The notes under the pieces were generated by a model. That model was not told where the DNA came from, ran no database searches, and was given only the letters and a program-made list of their open reading frames with translations. A program made the translations under genes and the position numbers. A stretch of 64,000 nt of DNA, taken from positions 2,096,927 through 2,160,926 of the forward strand of contig MU053513.1 of assembly GCA_013239625.1 (NCBI GenBank), written 5' to 3'. This document shows positions 25,686 to 38,119 of this stretch, piece by piece. The number at the start of each line of letters is the position of its first letter. Position 1 is the stretch's first letter. The DNA comes from Lama guanicoe. Its lineage: Eukaryota.

Positions 25686-28585
25686 TCATTTACTCTTGTT
25701 AGAGACCTTCAGAGGTAGATCCAGCTCCCCATTCTAGAGATGGAGACACTAGATACAGGACTCGCTCAGGTCCTGCAGGTGGGAAGTGACAGAGGATGGA
25801 CTGGACTGGACCCAGGTCACCTTGAGATGGAGAAGTTGGGGCTCCTTCCCCTGATACAACACTGCCTCCCAGAAAATAGTTAAGAGCCAAACCCTGTGGT
25901 ACACAGGTTAAGCGGTAAAGGAATTCAGAAACAGAGGAGACTGATGGAGGCCAGAAGAGTCAGGGAAAAGAGTGAGATAACGAGGAGCAAAGACAGGATC
26001 TGAAGGGTAGGATGGAAGAGAAAGGGCAACTTAAGCCAGAGGAGCGAAGCCTGGGGGATGAGCCAGGATGGCCTGCGAGGGGACCGTTAAGGCTCGCGTT
26101 CTGGCTCGTGGGTTTGTGCTGGTCTGTCTTATTCTTCTGGTAATTTTCTTCTGGGTTTTATTTTGACACATACTAATTATGTGGCCTCCTGTCTCTTCCC
26201 TTGAATTAATACGCTTTCTGTGAATTTCTATCAAACTGTAGCTTCTAGAAGGCCAGGAATTTATCTTGTTCATTTTTGATTCCTAGCCTAGAAAGACTTA
26301 ATATGTATTTGTTGAAATTGGTTGAATTGCTGGTTTTGACCCATTCTCGACTTTTAGATAAGGCTGCCTAACAGAGTCATGTCAAGTCTCTTCCTTTCAA
26401 CCGTGTTCCCTTCTTCCAGCGCTGACCCCCACCCAAGTCTCCCCGCCCTAAAACAATGTGATGTTAAACTAAAACAAACCAACGCACAAACAAACCGAAA
26501 CCTGTTTCCTCAGCTCCACTTTCCCATCTAACTACCGCTTTGTTTTCCTCCTTTCCCTCCCAGTCAAACGTTGGGTTTTTGGCACCTGCTCACCCAGCTC
26601 TTTTCTTACTTCCCACTTACTCCTCTGCCTACTCCAATCTGGTGTCCCTGTCAATCCACCTAACACGCAATGGACAATAAAATTCTCTAAGTACTTGCCA
26701 ATCTATAAAACAAATGGGCTTTCTCCAGCCCTCATCTTGCTTGGCTTCCCACAGAAGCAACTTTGGACAGTTGATGCTTTTAATTTAGCACCTGTGGTAC
26801 CCAGTTCTCCTTTTCTGCCACATCTTTGGCTACTTCCTCTTCTCCTCCTTGCCTGGTCTTCTTCTACCAGCCTTAAGATGTTGATTTTATGTAAGACTGC
26901 TGCTCTTTATGCAATCTAATTACCACCAACAATACATACTTACTGAATTAATGAACGGACAAACAACCTACCACCTTCGTTGGGCTGAACCCTAAGAAAA
27001 TCAGTTTCTTTCTCCTCGTGCTGACTGTTTCAGTTAACCTTGTCTGTATGCTGTTCTTGCGTCTTCTACACCTTGCTAAACTCTACTTGGTCCCATTTCT
27101 AATTTATCTCTGAGCCTCAGCTAACCCACAATCCATCCCTAGGTCTGTTAATTCAATTCCTGGCTCTGACGAAGTTATTTAGCTTTGGACAATTTTGATT
27201 GCATGAATTCCCAGTAGACTTCCTGGAGAGACAAAAAACACTAGCACTGAATTTGACAGTTGTTTGATATACCATGAAACCAAATAAATAATTTGAAGTA
27301 AAGCTAGTGAATTGTCTAGGGGCAAGTTTTACACAGTTCAAGTAAGCTTAGTACCGACTTTTCCCTTATGGAAAATATTTCGTCGGTTTCCTGTAGATAT
27401 ATTGCTGTATTTTGTTTATCTGAGCTTAGTTTCCCTGTTTCTTCTTTATTTAAATTGGTCCACATTCTGTTATTTTTGATCTTCAAGTGTATGAGTTCTC
27501 AGTAATTTTTCTTTTTTTAGATTATCAAAAGAACACTTATTATAATAGAAAAATTTGTAGAAAAGGAGAAGAAAAAAGATACAAATTATTCTTAATTCCA
27601 CCTTCCAGACATAACCAAACACATGGGATTTTTCCATAGTAACATAATCATATAAAAATATTCCTTATAATGCTTCTGGCAGAAAGAAATAATTTACATT
27701 TTTTTCTAAAACACAAACTAACAGAATCTTAAAGAGCTTTTTCATTTTATAATTCTTTTTTCTTTTTTGAGTCCAAGGGACTTTTTTCTCCTCTATAAAA
27801 TACTAGTTTTAATTTAAACCAATCATTATAAATGATCTGAGTTTACAAAAATAGATCTTTTCTTTCTTCTCATTTTTTTTTTTTTTGAGGTGGGCTGGAA
27901 ACTTACTATTCAACTGGCAAATCACATTGTTGGGGGTAAAATTATAATTATGTCTGAGGTAAGAAAGAAATACTTCTCTAAAGCATGATTCATTTTAAAA
28001 CTGAAAGAGCTAAGGATAGAAGAAATTCAAGATCTGAGAATCCTTTCTCAATAATTAAGGCAAAGTTGTACTTGTAGTCAAAAGAACAGCTTAACCCTCT
28101 GCTTTTCTCTAATGTTTTCATATCTTAGCTTCATTGCTGGGACCAGATTGTAAACTCTGCGGGGTCAGGAGCTGTGTTGAGTCTTTTCTGGATCCCACAG
28201 TGATCTGCAGTGTCCTATAAATGCATAAGACATATGGACCTTTCAACCCCTCAGATCACCTGGACTGGAGTAAACAATACTGTCATTTGTGTGCTCTCAC
28301 ATCTTCTCTCGTCTGAACTCCATGTCAGTTCTCTGGAGTATATACCCTAGGCCACTCACTATTACTGAGGCTTCAAAATGGAAAATAAGTGTCTTGCAAA
28401 TATGCTTATACTATAATTTTAAGTTAAAAAGTGTTTAGCGCAGAGTACAAAATGATTTCAGCTACCGTATTGTCAAAATATCACAGAAAAACACTGCCTA
28501 GAAAAGACCCAAAATGTTAACAGGGGTTATTTCTGGGTTGCAGAATAATAGATGCTTTGTACTTGTCTGCATTCCTTACCCCTGA

Positions 28586-28897
28586 CACCCACTCACGTGT
28601 GGGCACACACACACACAAAACCTCTCCATAAATATTACTTGTTCTAAAAAGGAAGCAGAAGATTTTTACAGAAAAAGAATTAAAAACAGAAGTAAACAGA
28701 CTCCATTTTTCCTCCTCTCGAGAGAAACTTGAAAGCTGCTCACCCACTCACGTGTGGGCACACACACACACACAAAACCTCTCCATAAATATTACTTGTT
28801 CTAAAAAGGAAGCAGAAGATTTTTACAGAAAAAGAATTAAAAACAGAAGTAAACAGACTCCATTTTTCCTCCTCTCGAGAGAAACTTGAAAGCTGCT
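28586..28897. repeat. Head-to-tail duplication, 155 bp + 157 bp
   Basis: 28586-28740 and 28741-28897 are identical except for (CA)7 versus (CA)8. Confidence 0.95.
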
Positions 28898-29329
28898 CAT
28901 CCTTCAGGCAGCTCCGCTTGCCAATGTCGAGAAAGAAAAGGATAGAAAATAACATAGCATGCATCTGCCAAGACAGATTTGTGGCTGACATTTCTTCTGA
29001 AAAATGTCTCCATTAAAATAAGGAGCTGTTGGTGTTGTCTCCTGATTTAGTCATTTTGGAAAGTAATGAGTAGCTTTCAGAACTGGATTTCAGCTTCCCC
29101 ATGGAACCCATCACCTTGAATGGATGTACCTCAGACATCATGAGCTCCTGATGGAGGGGAGTTAATCCCGGGCACAGTCATCTTCCTAAAACTTCCTTAC
29201 TTGCATGATGTTGTGCAGGATAGTGAGGTGCTCGATAAGTGTAAGCTGTTATTCATTATTAGTATTTTGGACATATTTTGATTAGACCTGTTTCTAAGTG
29301 TTTTAGGGCCTGGACTACAGACTCCACTA

Positions 29330-29520
29330 ATAACTGCAGATGTCATTTATTTAACCACCCATGTGATATGGGTGCTTTATTCATATTATTTCTCATCTTA
29401 ATTAATCTTGAAAGTCAGTTAACTCCAACCCCATTTTACAGATGAGGATCCTCCAGCTTAGAAAAGTTTAAAACCTTGCCAGGATTCAAAACCACGGTCT
29501 TTGTGACTTCAAAGCCAGCT
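29330..29520 (-). mobile_element. MIR
   Basis: ccccattttacagatgagga...ccaggattcaaaaccacggtctttgtgacttcaaagcc. Confidence 0.7.
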
Positions 29521-30059
29521 GTTGGCCGACGATACCGCGCTACGTTTTGCGGGCTATCGTATTTATCATCGGTGCCCTTGCAGCATTTCCCTAGCACGGG
29601 GTTTCTTTGACTGCATTAGAGATTGAGCAGGGTTTTGAATGATACGGGCATGAACACATGTAGGAACCAGCAGCCCTGCCCATCGTTCTTGGTGTCCGAG
29701 ACCATCCCCAGGGAGCGAGGAACAGGGGTGAAATCAGGGAAGGGGGTGAAGGCAAAATTGGAAGAAAAGAGAGAAGAAAGCAAGCAACATCGAGAGCCCG
29801 TAAAGCAGCTTCTGAAGGGCTTTCACAGCTGGCGGCAGGTTTGGCAACGCTTCTTTCACACTGTTCATCTGGGCTCAATTTTCTCAGTTCATCATTGCAC
29901 AGGCGTTGCAGAAGCCACCTTTAAAAAAAAAGTCACTGGAATATAGGAATTTCTCTCTTGTCAGCTCCAACATAATAAAGGAGTCAAGACGAGGCAGTAG
30001 CACAGCACATGTGGTCGCTAAAGCACCGTAATGCAGGGGGCCGCACCATCGAGGTAATA

Positions 30060-30280
30060 ATGCTAATACCGACAGCCATGTGTGATCAGTGTTTTCTGTG
30101 CGGGGCACTGCGTCAAATGCTTTAATTATCTTTTCTTGTTTAATCCTCACAATCTACCTAGGAGGTATGTAGTATGAGATTCAGTTTTTTAAATTTCATA
30201 ACTGAGGCCCTGAGAGTTTTCATAACTTGTGCAAGGTCAAGAGCTGGTTAATGACCTATAACCATGATCGGTTTGCCTCT
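30060..30280 (-). mobile_element. MIR
   Basis: tttaatcctcacaatctacctaggaggt...aactgaggccctgagag...aacttgtgcaaggtca. Confidence 0.7.
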
Positions 30281-30454
30281 GACGGCTTTTGTTTGTTTTT
30301 TTATTTGCTTCCAAGTTTTAAATCACTGGCCCTGTATTTCTCACTGATAAATGATGCTGCTCTCACTTGTCTGGTCATGTTCATTTTTTTCCTAGATTCT
30401 TCTCTTTATGTCTCCAAATCTAGAATGTTTTAGGGTGCTGGTTTAAATCTATGT

Positions 30455-30580
30455 TTCATTCATTACATATTTATTTATTGAGCATCTATTACATGCCAGG
30501 CAGTGTTCTAGGCGCTTGGGGTAATAGTGGTAAAGAAATCAGTCAAAATATTTTCCCTCGGGGAACTTTTGCCTCAGTGA
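30455..30580 (-). mobile_element. L2 3' end
   Basis: tttcattcatt...atttattgagcatctattacatgccaggcagtgttctaggcgcttgggg. Confidence 0.75.
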
Positions 30581-33489
30581 CATTGCATATTCTTTCTGAA
30601 ATTTGTGTTATTTGAAGAATTCAGATTTACCTTATGAGAGTGTGGAATGAAGAAGAAATCAAAATCAGATGTGCAGTTTAAGATTTAACTTTGGAATCCA
30701 GAGACCTAACACTTAAAAGGAAAACAAGAACAGACTTCAGACTAGAATTCTTAAATGGTGTTACCTAGGAACAACTGCAGAGAAGATGCACGAAAAGGTT
30801 TTCGAGTGGAAAAGTATTTTTGGCTTTGTTTTTGCTCCCTCTCTCCCCGTGTATTCCCCCACATATTTCTGAAGGTCATCCTATAATTGACAACCCATGA
30901 ATATTCATTTAGTAAATGTATATCGAAGGCAAACTTATAGCCTCTGAGTCAGGTGCTGGAAATAAAATACCGAGGACAATAGTAAAATTATAAAGAATAA
31001 AGTAGATGTGCAGTTATAAAGACAGTAGAATTATGGTTCAAAGACACTAGAATCATAAAGAAGTGGAATTATAAAAGAATGTAGTAAGCGTCACAATAAG
31101 GATCACAAAGAAGTGTGAGGGGAGCTCACAGGTGGGGTATCTGTCGCTGACAGAGTGGCTTCCCAGAGGAAGCCATCTCCAACGTGACAGCCCAGCCAGG
31201 TCCAGGCAGAGTGGTGGAGGGGATCAGGACTGCAGCGAGAGGGCAAAGCTGGGGCAAACAGCCCCTAGCTGAAGAGAATGCAATCTGAGAGCAGCTACAA
31301 GTGAGAGAAAATAATCTGAGTCAACTGAAGTCTCCTGTGTTTTTTCTCTTCTCTTCCAATTTTAAAGCAGAGCGGTCATTTCACAGAAAATGGAGTCAAG
31401 CAGTGCCAGTGTGGAATTGTCTACCCATGAGATTTAAGGAAACTAATTGATTGATATTGTTAATATCAGATTTCAGTGTTTTAGGAATTCAGATGGGATT
31501 GCTGAAACGAAAAGGCAATCAGAAGTAAGCTGCAGTCACCCAACATTGCTGACAGCGCCAAGAGGACTGCACCTGAGGCTTTACGATCTTCTGAGACAGA
31601 GAGGGCTTAGTTGGAAATTACCACTGAATTCAGTTGTAAAGGATCATGTCATCTTTTGGGACTTCTGTCAGAATGAATTTGTCATGAACATATGCACTCT
31701 GAAGCTGTGGCAGAAAAACTAAAAATAAACACTATCAAGTATATATCAAATGCTGGTGATGTCTGTATTCAGATTTTTAAGCAGAAGTTTCAGGACAGAA
31801 GAAAAATCCCGTTATATTGCACGACAATCTGGATATTTTCAAATTAAATTTTCAGGTAAGAAACAAGATTCTTAAAATAAATCCACTGTTTCTCTTTGTC
31901 TTCCTTGATCCTGAATTTGACGGCAATCGTAGAAACTGTTTGACGCAATACTCCTTGGTATCTTCTCTCACGGTTGCTGACACTTTCAAATAACCTGTGA
32001 CCTGGCCATGGTTAGAGGCCAGACCACAGGAGACAGCAGGCATTTCTGGGTTTAAAACACTACCAAAAAAGCTACTTATCCAATCCAAATGAATGAAGTC
32101 TCAACAAGGTCTTGTTCACACTCAACTTTTTAGAATTAGTTCATTCAGTCCAACTCCTAAATTAATGCATGAATTCAATAAACATTTTAAAGCACTCTGT
32201 GTATCCGGTACTATTCTGGCTGTTCCTGCTAACCTGGTTCCTGAAGAGAACAGCCCAGGTCTTGCTACAACCTACACACGTCCGGGCCTCTGTTCTACAG
32301 ACATCCTTTTAAATTCAGGCTTATTTTGTTACTTTATACAGGAGATGTGAAAGCCAAAAATCAGCGTCTTCATTGATATTCGAGTACTCTATACTAACTA
32401 GAAATCTCAAAACAATTGCCTAAAAAGAAATTGATGGATGAGAATGTTTTAAAGTTTATTTTATACTATACTCAAATTTCTAAATTAGGGAGAGGGGAAT
32501 CCACAAGAAATCAGAATGGTTAATATAAAATTTCTTTTATTTCCTCATTCCATCCCTGGCTGTCTAGCCCTTGATTCTGTCTTTTCTGTCCACCTATTCC
32601 CATTTCCAATCCTGAACATGGTAATGACTATGACTCCTCACTCAGTAATTTCAGGCATCTGATTACTTCCTTGAATGCATGGAGTAACCTCCATAGATTG
32701 GCCCAGAGTGTTTTGAGTTCATTTAGTCCCACAGGAGTTGCCATGGAGAAGGCAGAAGCCATTCATTCCCCCTGGCAGCCCTCTGTGCGTCCTTCTATCA
32801 TGCAATGGTCGGATGCACTGAGGCCACTCATTCATCTCCTCTCCTCCCCTATCCACGGGCGTCCTTCAGAGCAGGGGCAGGTCTGCATATCCATCTATGT
32901 CCCACCTGCTAGGTCAGGGTGAACAAAGTGGAAGCACCATTCTTGGGACCGTGCCCGGGTGAGAGCCTTCCAGAGGCTGGAGAGGTGAGAGGCAGAATGA
33001 CAGATGAGGGGAGCAGTCACAGCAGACACGACAACAGCCCGTGCTGCATCTGAAGGGTGATGCAGGACAGACTGGAGAAGGAAGAGTAATGACAGAGTGT
33101 GACACGGCGTGAGTGAGGCAAGAGTCAGGCTGTACAGTTTAGGATTTATCTGAGAAAGGACTGCGAGCTCTTGTCCTTACCCGAAGTGAGGTAAGGTAGG
33201 TGTAACAGCTGGAACATCTAAGGCACTGAATAATTTTAATCCCTACCTTACAGAGTTTAGTGATTAAAAGGGATAATGATTAAAAGAGGTAAAAGAGGCA
33301 TAGAGCTGGCACAGCCCTTGCTATATTATGTGAGTTCTCCTTCATTTCTCCCCAAAGTAGATTTCTCAGTCAACAGCACCTTGCATTGCCCATCACGATG
33401 GCTTTATCAGTATCATTTCTGACTGTTTTGAGAGAGAGGCTAATTCTTTTCTTGGCTGCAAGTGTGACTCAATCTCTTATATTAACTGA

Positions 33490-33690
33490 GTGGACTCTGT
33501 GGGACAAGACCTGTTTCAAACCTCAGCTCCCTCCTTTACTGGCACTGGCACTGGCACTGACGGTACGTTCCTGAACCTCTCTGAGCCTGTTTCCTTCATT
33601 AAACTTTAAGGACAGTTGTGAGACTTAGACATAAAGGGGATAAAGGTCATAGAATATTAAAAGTACTTACTGAAAAGTAGTTATTATTAA
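33490..33690 (+). mobile_element. MIR
   Basis: gacctgtttcaaacctcagctcc...aacctctctgagcctgtttcct. Confidence 0.6.
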
Positions 33691-33799
33691 GCACAGGCAC
33701 TTTCTACTTTAACTATTTTGGACAGAATGACTAGCAAATGTATTTCCCAATATCTTTTAAAAAGAAAATGGAATTTTAAAAAAACCCTGTAGTCATTAT

Positions 33800-34300
33800 T
33801 GTAGGTTGGTTTATTTAACATTTGTCCAAACTCTTTTCCTTTGATTTCCTCTACCTCAAAGCCTGGGGAGCTAAATAATTCATTTCCCAGCCTCCCTTGA
33901 AGGCAGGGGAAAACATGCGACCCAGTTCTAACTGATGAGACCAAAGTGTGAGTCAATGAGGGAGGGAGAGGAAACTTATGGGAAAGCTCTTATTTTCCTA
34001 GTGAAGGGAAATAGATATGGCTGCCCAGCCCCTTGCCCTAACCCCTTTGTCCTATTTGGAATGTGAATTTGATGACTAGAGCAGCAGCAACCATTTTGTT
34101 ACAATGAGGAAATGCATCAAAGAGGGTGGAACAGGAAGGCAGGAGGAGCACGGTTCCTTAATGACACCATTAAGTCACTATGTTAGCCTTGGATCATCCA
34201 TCACTGTATTTATTTTTCCACAAGTCAAATAAACCTGTTTGTTTAAGCCACTGCTATCCAGCCATTCTGTTACTTGTAGTCAAACACATCCCTGAAAGGT
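33800..34300 (+). mobile_element. Old MaLR LTR (MLT1H/I/J-like)
   Basis: catttcccagcctcccttg; catgcgacccagttct; gcagcaaccatttt; aataaacctgtttgtttaagccactg. Confidence 0.75.
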
Positions 34301-34819
34301 ATAAATCTTTTTCTTTTTTTAATGATAACTGACTATGGAACCATGACCCTCATATTTGTAAGATGTGTCAGGCTGTCTTCCTGGAAATAAATGGTTCCAG
34401 ACATATCTAAACATTTTTTCCACTTAAATCATTAACTTATTTACTATGTGAGTTATTTTGAAACAATTATTTATGGAAAGAATCACTGATAATTCAACTG
34501 AATCTGCTGTCTCTTTGCTTGGATTTTGATGTTACCTGACAGTGCTTTAGCTAGTCACAGTCCTTAGTACATTATGTTGCCTTTCCTTTCAACTCTGCCA
34601 TGAATAGTGCCCAAATGGGAAACCAAATGTTTACGTTGGTGAACAGCATGTTACATCTCATCTGCAGATGATCTATGAGTGCTATTTTAGCTCAAGCTCT
34701 TTTTTGGTTATTCCTGTGTTTGTAGTTGGTTCCAGATAGTTGTAGGTCCTGCCCCATGGAGAAGTAAAGCCTTGTGCACCCCCGGTAACCATACCATCCT
34801 ATGCCCTTATCAACTCCCT

Positions 34820-35385
34820 CCCAAACACTTCCTCCACTCAGGGTTTCACACACAACTACCAGCTTATATTTCAAGTTGTGTCATTCCTTTGCTCAGAGCC
34901 TTTATGGCTCACCCGTGCCCACAAAATAACCCTTCTTCCTTAGCTGAGCACTTCGGGGCCTTCCTTAGTGTGACTGCAGCACACTGTCCCCCTTCTTTTC
35001 TAATTCTCACGACTCCATCATATACCCTACATGCCTTATGTCTGCTCATGTCTGCTTTTAAAGCCTACCTTCCCATTTCTGGGTTCTTTTACCCACCCCA
35101 CAAGGGCCAACATTTCTAGTAAGTTACTCTAGTTACTCTTTTCAGGAGGAAGTCACTTCCCCGCCTGACTCATCCTGGTATGTTATTATACTGCTGTGTG
35201 TGGCACTGACCCTTTCCTGGGCTATATTCAGGTTATTTTTGTTTACATCATTGCTGCACACAGACTCTACAAAGGCAGACCTATGTCTCCGTATCCCCTC
35301 TGTATTCCCAGCAGTGCCTGGTCTGCTCCTTGCTTTTCATCTGACACGCAGTAGGCCCTCGATACAATTGTTTGAATGGATGACT
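34820..35385 (+). mobile_element. L2 3' region
   Basis: gtcattcctttgctcagagcctttatggct ... cccagcagtgcctgg ... cagtaggccctcgatacaattgtttgaatggatga. Confidence 0.6.
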
Positions 35386-35829
35386 GTAAAAGCACTGTCA
35401 TAATGGGGAAGATGAACTATAAAACTCAGAGGAGACAAGGACAGGGCTTTGCCTGAAGCAGAACTGCGGGCCTGGTTCTGCATTTGATTTGTAGAGCTGA
35501 GCAAGGTCAGAAGATGATGGGTGGTGTAGATAAGCAAATATACAAGGCACAGCAATTGGCCATTCCTGGTAAAATTTTCTTCTTGTGTGCTCAATCAATT
35601 TTATGAATTTTCTTAATTATTTTACATCTGTCATCTAGCAAAATTACTTTTTTAAAAACCTTTCAGTGTAATGCACTCATAGAATTCATGTTCTCATTTA
35701 TTCTAACCTGAGAAACAGAAATGAAGAGATTATAGCTGAATAGAGGTGCTTATCAAATGATAAATGCCCGGAGAAAGCAGCAATGGGCCTTCTCTTCACG
35801 ATCTGGAGTCATAAGTGTCACATTTTAAT

Positions 35830-36080
35830 GAAGGGACAGTATAGCAATCACAAGGGCTGCTTCTGGGGTCAGTGCCCGGGATCTGGGCCAAGGCTCTACT
35901 GCTCTTGTGGGATCCTGGGCCAGCTACTCTTTCAAGTATTTCACTTTTCTCTTTAAAAAATGGAGATGATAAGAATATTTGCCTCATGGAGATATGATGA
36001 GGATTAATGACCTACCACACGTGAAGCACTTTGAATAGTACCAAGCATCTATTAAACACTTATAAATTGTTAGCTATTGT
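35830..36080 (+). mobile_element. MIR
   Basis: aaaatggagatgataag...gatgaggattaatga...gtgaagcacttt...aaattgttagctatt. Confidence 0.65.
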
Positions 36081-36448
36081 TTTTTAAGACACCATCTGTT
36101 CATAACATATTCTTGTATTTTCCTCACTAGTTAAGTCTTACATGCCTGGTCTTTTTCTTTTCTTTTGTCTTCTTTCCTTTTTTTTTGGTCACTTAATTCA
36201 ACTATAGTGCTGTCTCTATTTAAAAATATTGATCAATGCCAATTCGTTTGGTCTGAAACATAAAAAAAAAAATAGCCCAAGAACTTTACCAAAAATATTT
36301 TCTTATTCACATTCTCAATAAATTTCTGTGTAACATTTTAAAGTAGATTAAGACTTAATTCTGCAAGTGTGTGGAATGTTCATTGACACTATTGTAATTA
36401 CCATCCTGATCACAGAGCATCTCTTGGAGAAGTGACCAGCTGAAAATC

Positions 36449-36495
36449 TGTGTGTGTGAGTGTATGAGTGTGTGTGTGTGTGTGTGTGTGTGTGT
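36449..36495. repeat. Interrupted (TG)n microsatellite
   Basis: Read directly from the sequence. Confidence 0.9.
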
Positions 36496-38036
36496 ACCTT
36501 TTACTGTCAGGAACTGTAGGTTTAAAACAAGAGTTTACAGGAAGCGGTTAGTATGACATGACATTCAGTCACCATCTATGAATCTGTTTTATTTTACTTC
36601 AAAAATTACAAATAAAGACAAGATGTTGTAAAAGGCAGTCCCATGGAAACAGCACAGGCTTTAAACTATTCTTAGGTAGACCTGTCAATAATAGTTCTTG
36701 GAATCAGCATTTTCTTAACATGAATCTTCCAAATATGTTCACTTGAATATTATCTTGATTTTGTCCACACCATTATTTCATGGTTATCATGTGAAGACCC
36801 TACTTTATACTTAAGATGATTAAAGTGTATTAAGTGGGGCTTTTTGGACTCCATTTCATGAGAGTTTGTAATAATGAAATTAACAGAAAGGTATCTTATG
36901 CCCCTTTGGGGAAGGAGTCATGTTCATCCTTTAAGTTCACTCCTCGTTCTTCCCGTGAACACCTCTATGAAACATCACAATGAGAATACCACATTTGCCG
37001 GCATGAGAGCTCTTCTCGACAGGCACCGACAATAGGTTCGCCATATAATCGGCATCAATTTCCCACTTTGAAAGGAAATGCACTTTCTGAGTCATGTGGT
37101 TTGCTCTCTGCCAGTGGAGTGTGAATAGGTCTGATGCTGAGTGAGCTCTGGGTATGGAAAAGTTGTGAGTCAGGGCAGCTCGCTCCTTACCGAGACAGAA
37201 GGCCAGAATTAGCTATAAATACGGTATCTGCTTGTTCTCCCTGTTTTGGCTTTGATGCTGTTTAGCAACCAGCGTAATTTGTCCCAGGACTGTGGATGTT
37301 ACTTTGTTAGATGTGGATTGCTATTTCGTGAGCAAATAACTGTCTCTATCTCTCAGTGCTTTTAATTTTCCTTTCTATACAAAAGATCCAAGAATGAAAT
37401 GGGTATCATAATAGTATTTTAGTTTTTAGAGCCCACAGTAATGACAGTTTTGAAAGTAATCAGATTCACTTTTCAATTTCTAGATATTTTAAAACCAGGA
37501 TTACAAAGATTTATGTTAACAGGTAAATTAAGTGGGTCCCACTGATGAACCCACCGAGAAGGTATCCTCCTAGGTGAGCCATGGTACTTTTTCCAGGGCA
37601 GCACGGTCTTGCCAGCTCTGCACATGGGAGGATCTGATAAATGCTGTTGCCCAGACAGTGTGACTCCTTGTAAGATAGTCTAGAGTCAAGTCAAAAATGG
37701 GTATTTCTCATCTCTCATTCAGAGCACTTCACATTGAGTTTCTTTTAGTATCAGGTTTCATGCTGAAGGTACTGTCTATTTGATTTAAAAAGACTTTGAA
37801 TTCAAAACAATTCAGAGGGACATATATCCAGGTGCACATATACACCACTGTCACCCAGGTAAATATCTTACAGAATAGCTCCACAGCCTTTCTCATCTAT
37901 TAACCTTTGAAAACTCCTCCTCGACTGTTTTCTGTTTTAGTTACTGAATCCACTAAATAGGATTAGTGGGGGATTTTGGTTACGTAACGGGTGTTCAAAC
38001 AGGATATAATAAGTGATGGCATTTAAAGGAAATACA

Positions 38037-38119
38037 TAACTGAAAAATTGTACTCTACACTGGAATTTGGTACAACATTGTAAAATGACTATAACTCAAT
38101 AAAAAAAATTAAAAAAAAA
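38037..38119 (+). mobile_element. 83-bp L1 3' terminal insertion, same family as the L1 at 1-2583
   Basis: Closely matches 2500-2583. TSD taaaggaaataca (38024-38036) / taaaggaagtaca (38120-38132). Confidence 0.92.

Noticed and set aside
27890..27958. Plus-strand 69-nt exon-like unit (T-tract GAG| ... GAG|GTAAGA), a possible antisense lncRNA exon
   Set aside because: GAG acceptors are rare, I found no partner exons or promoter, and a chance match next to a T-run is likely.
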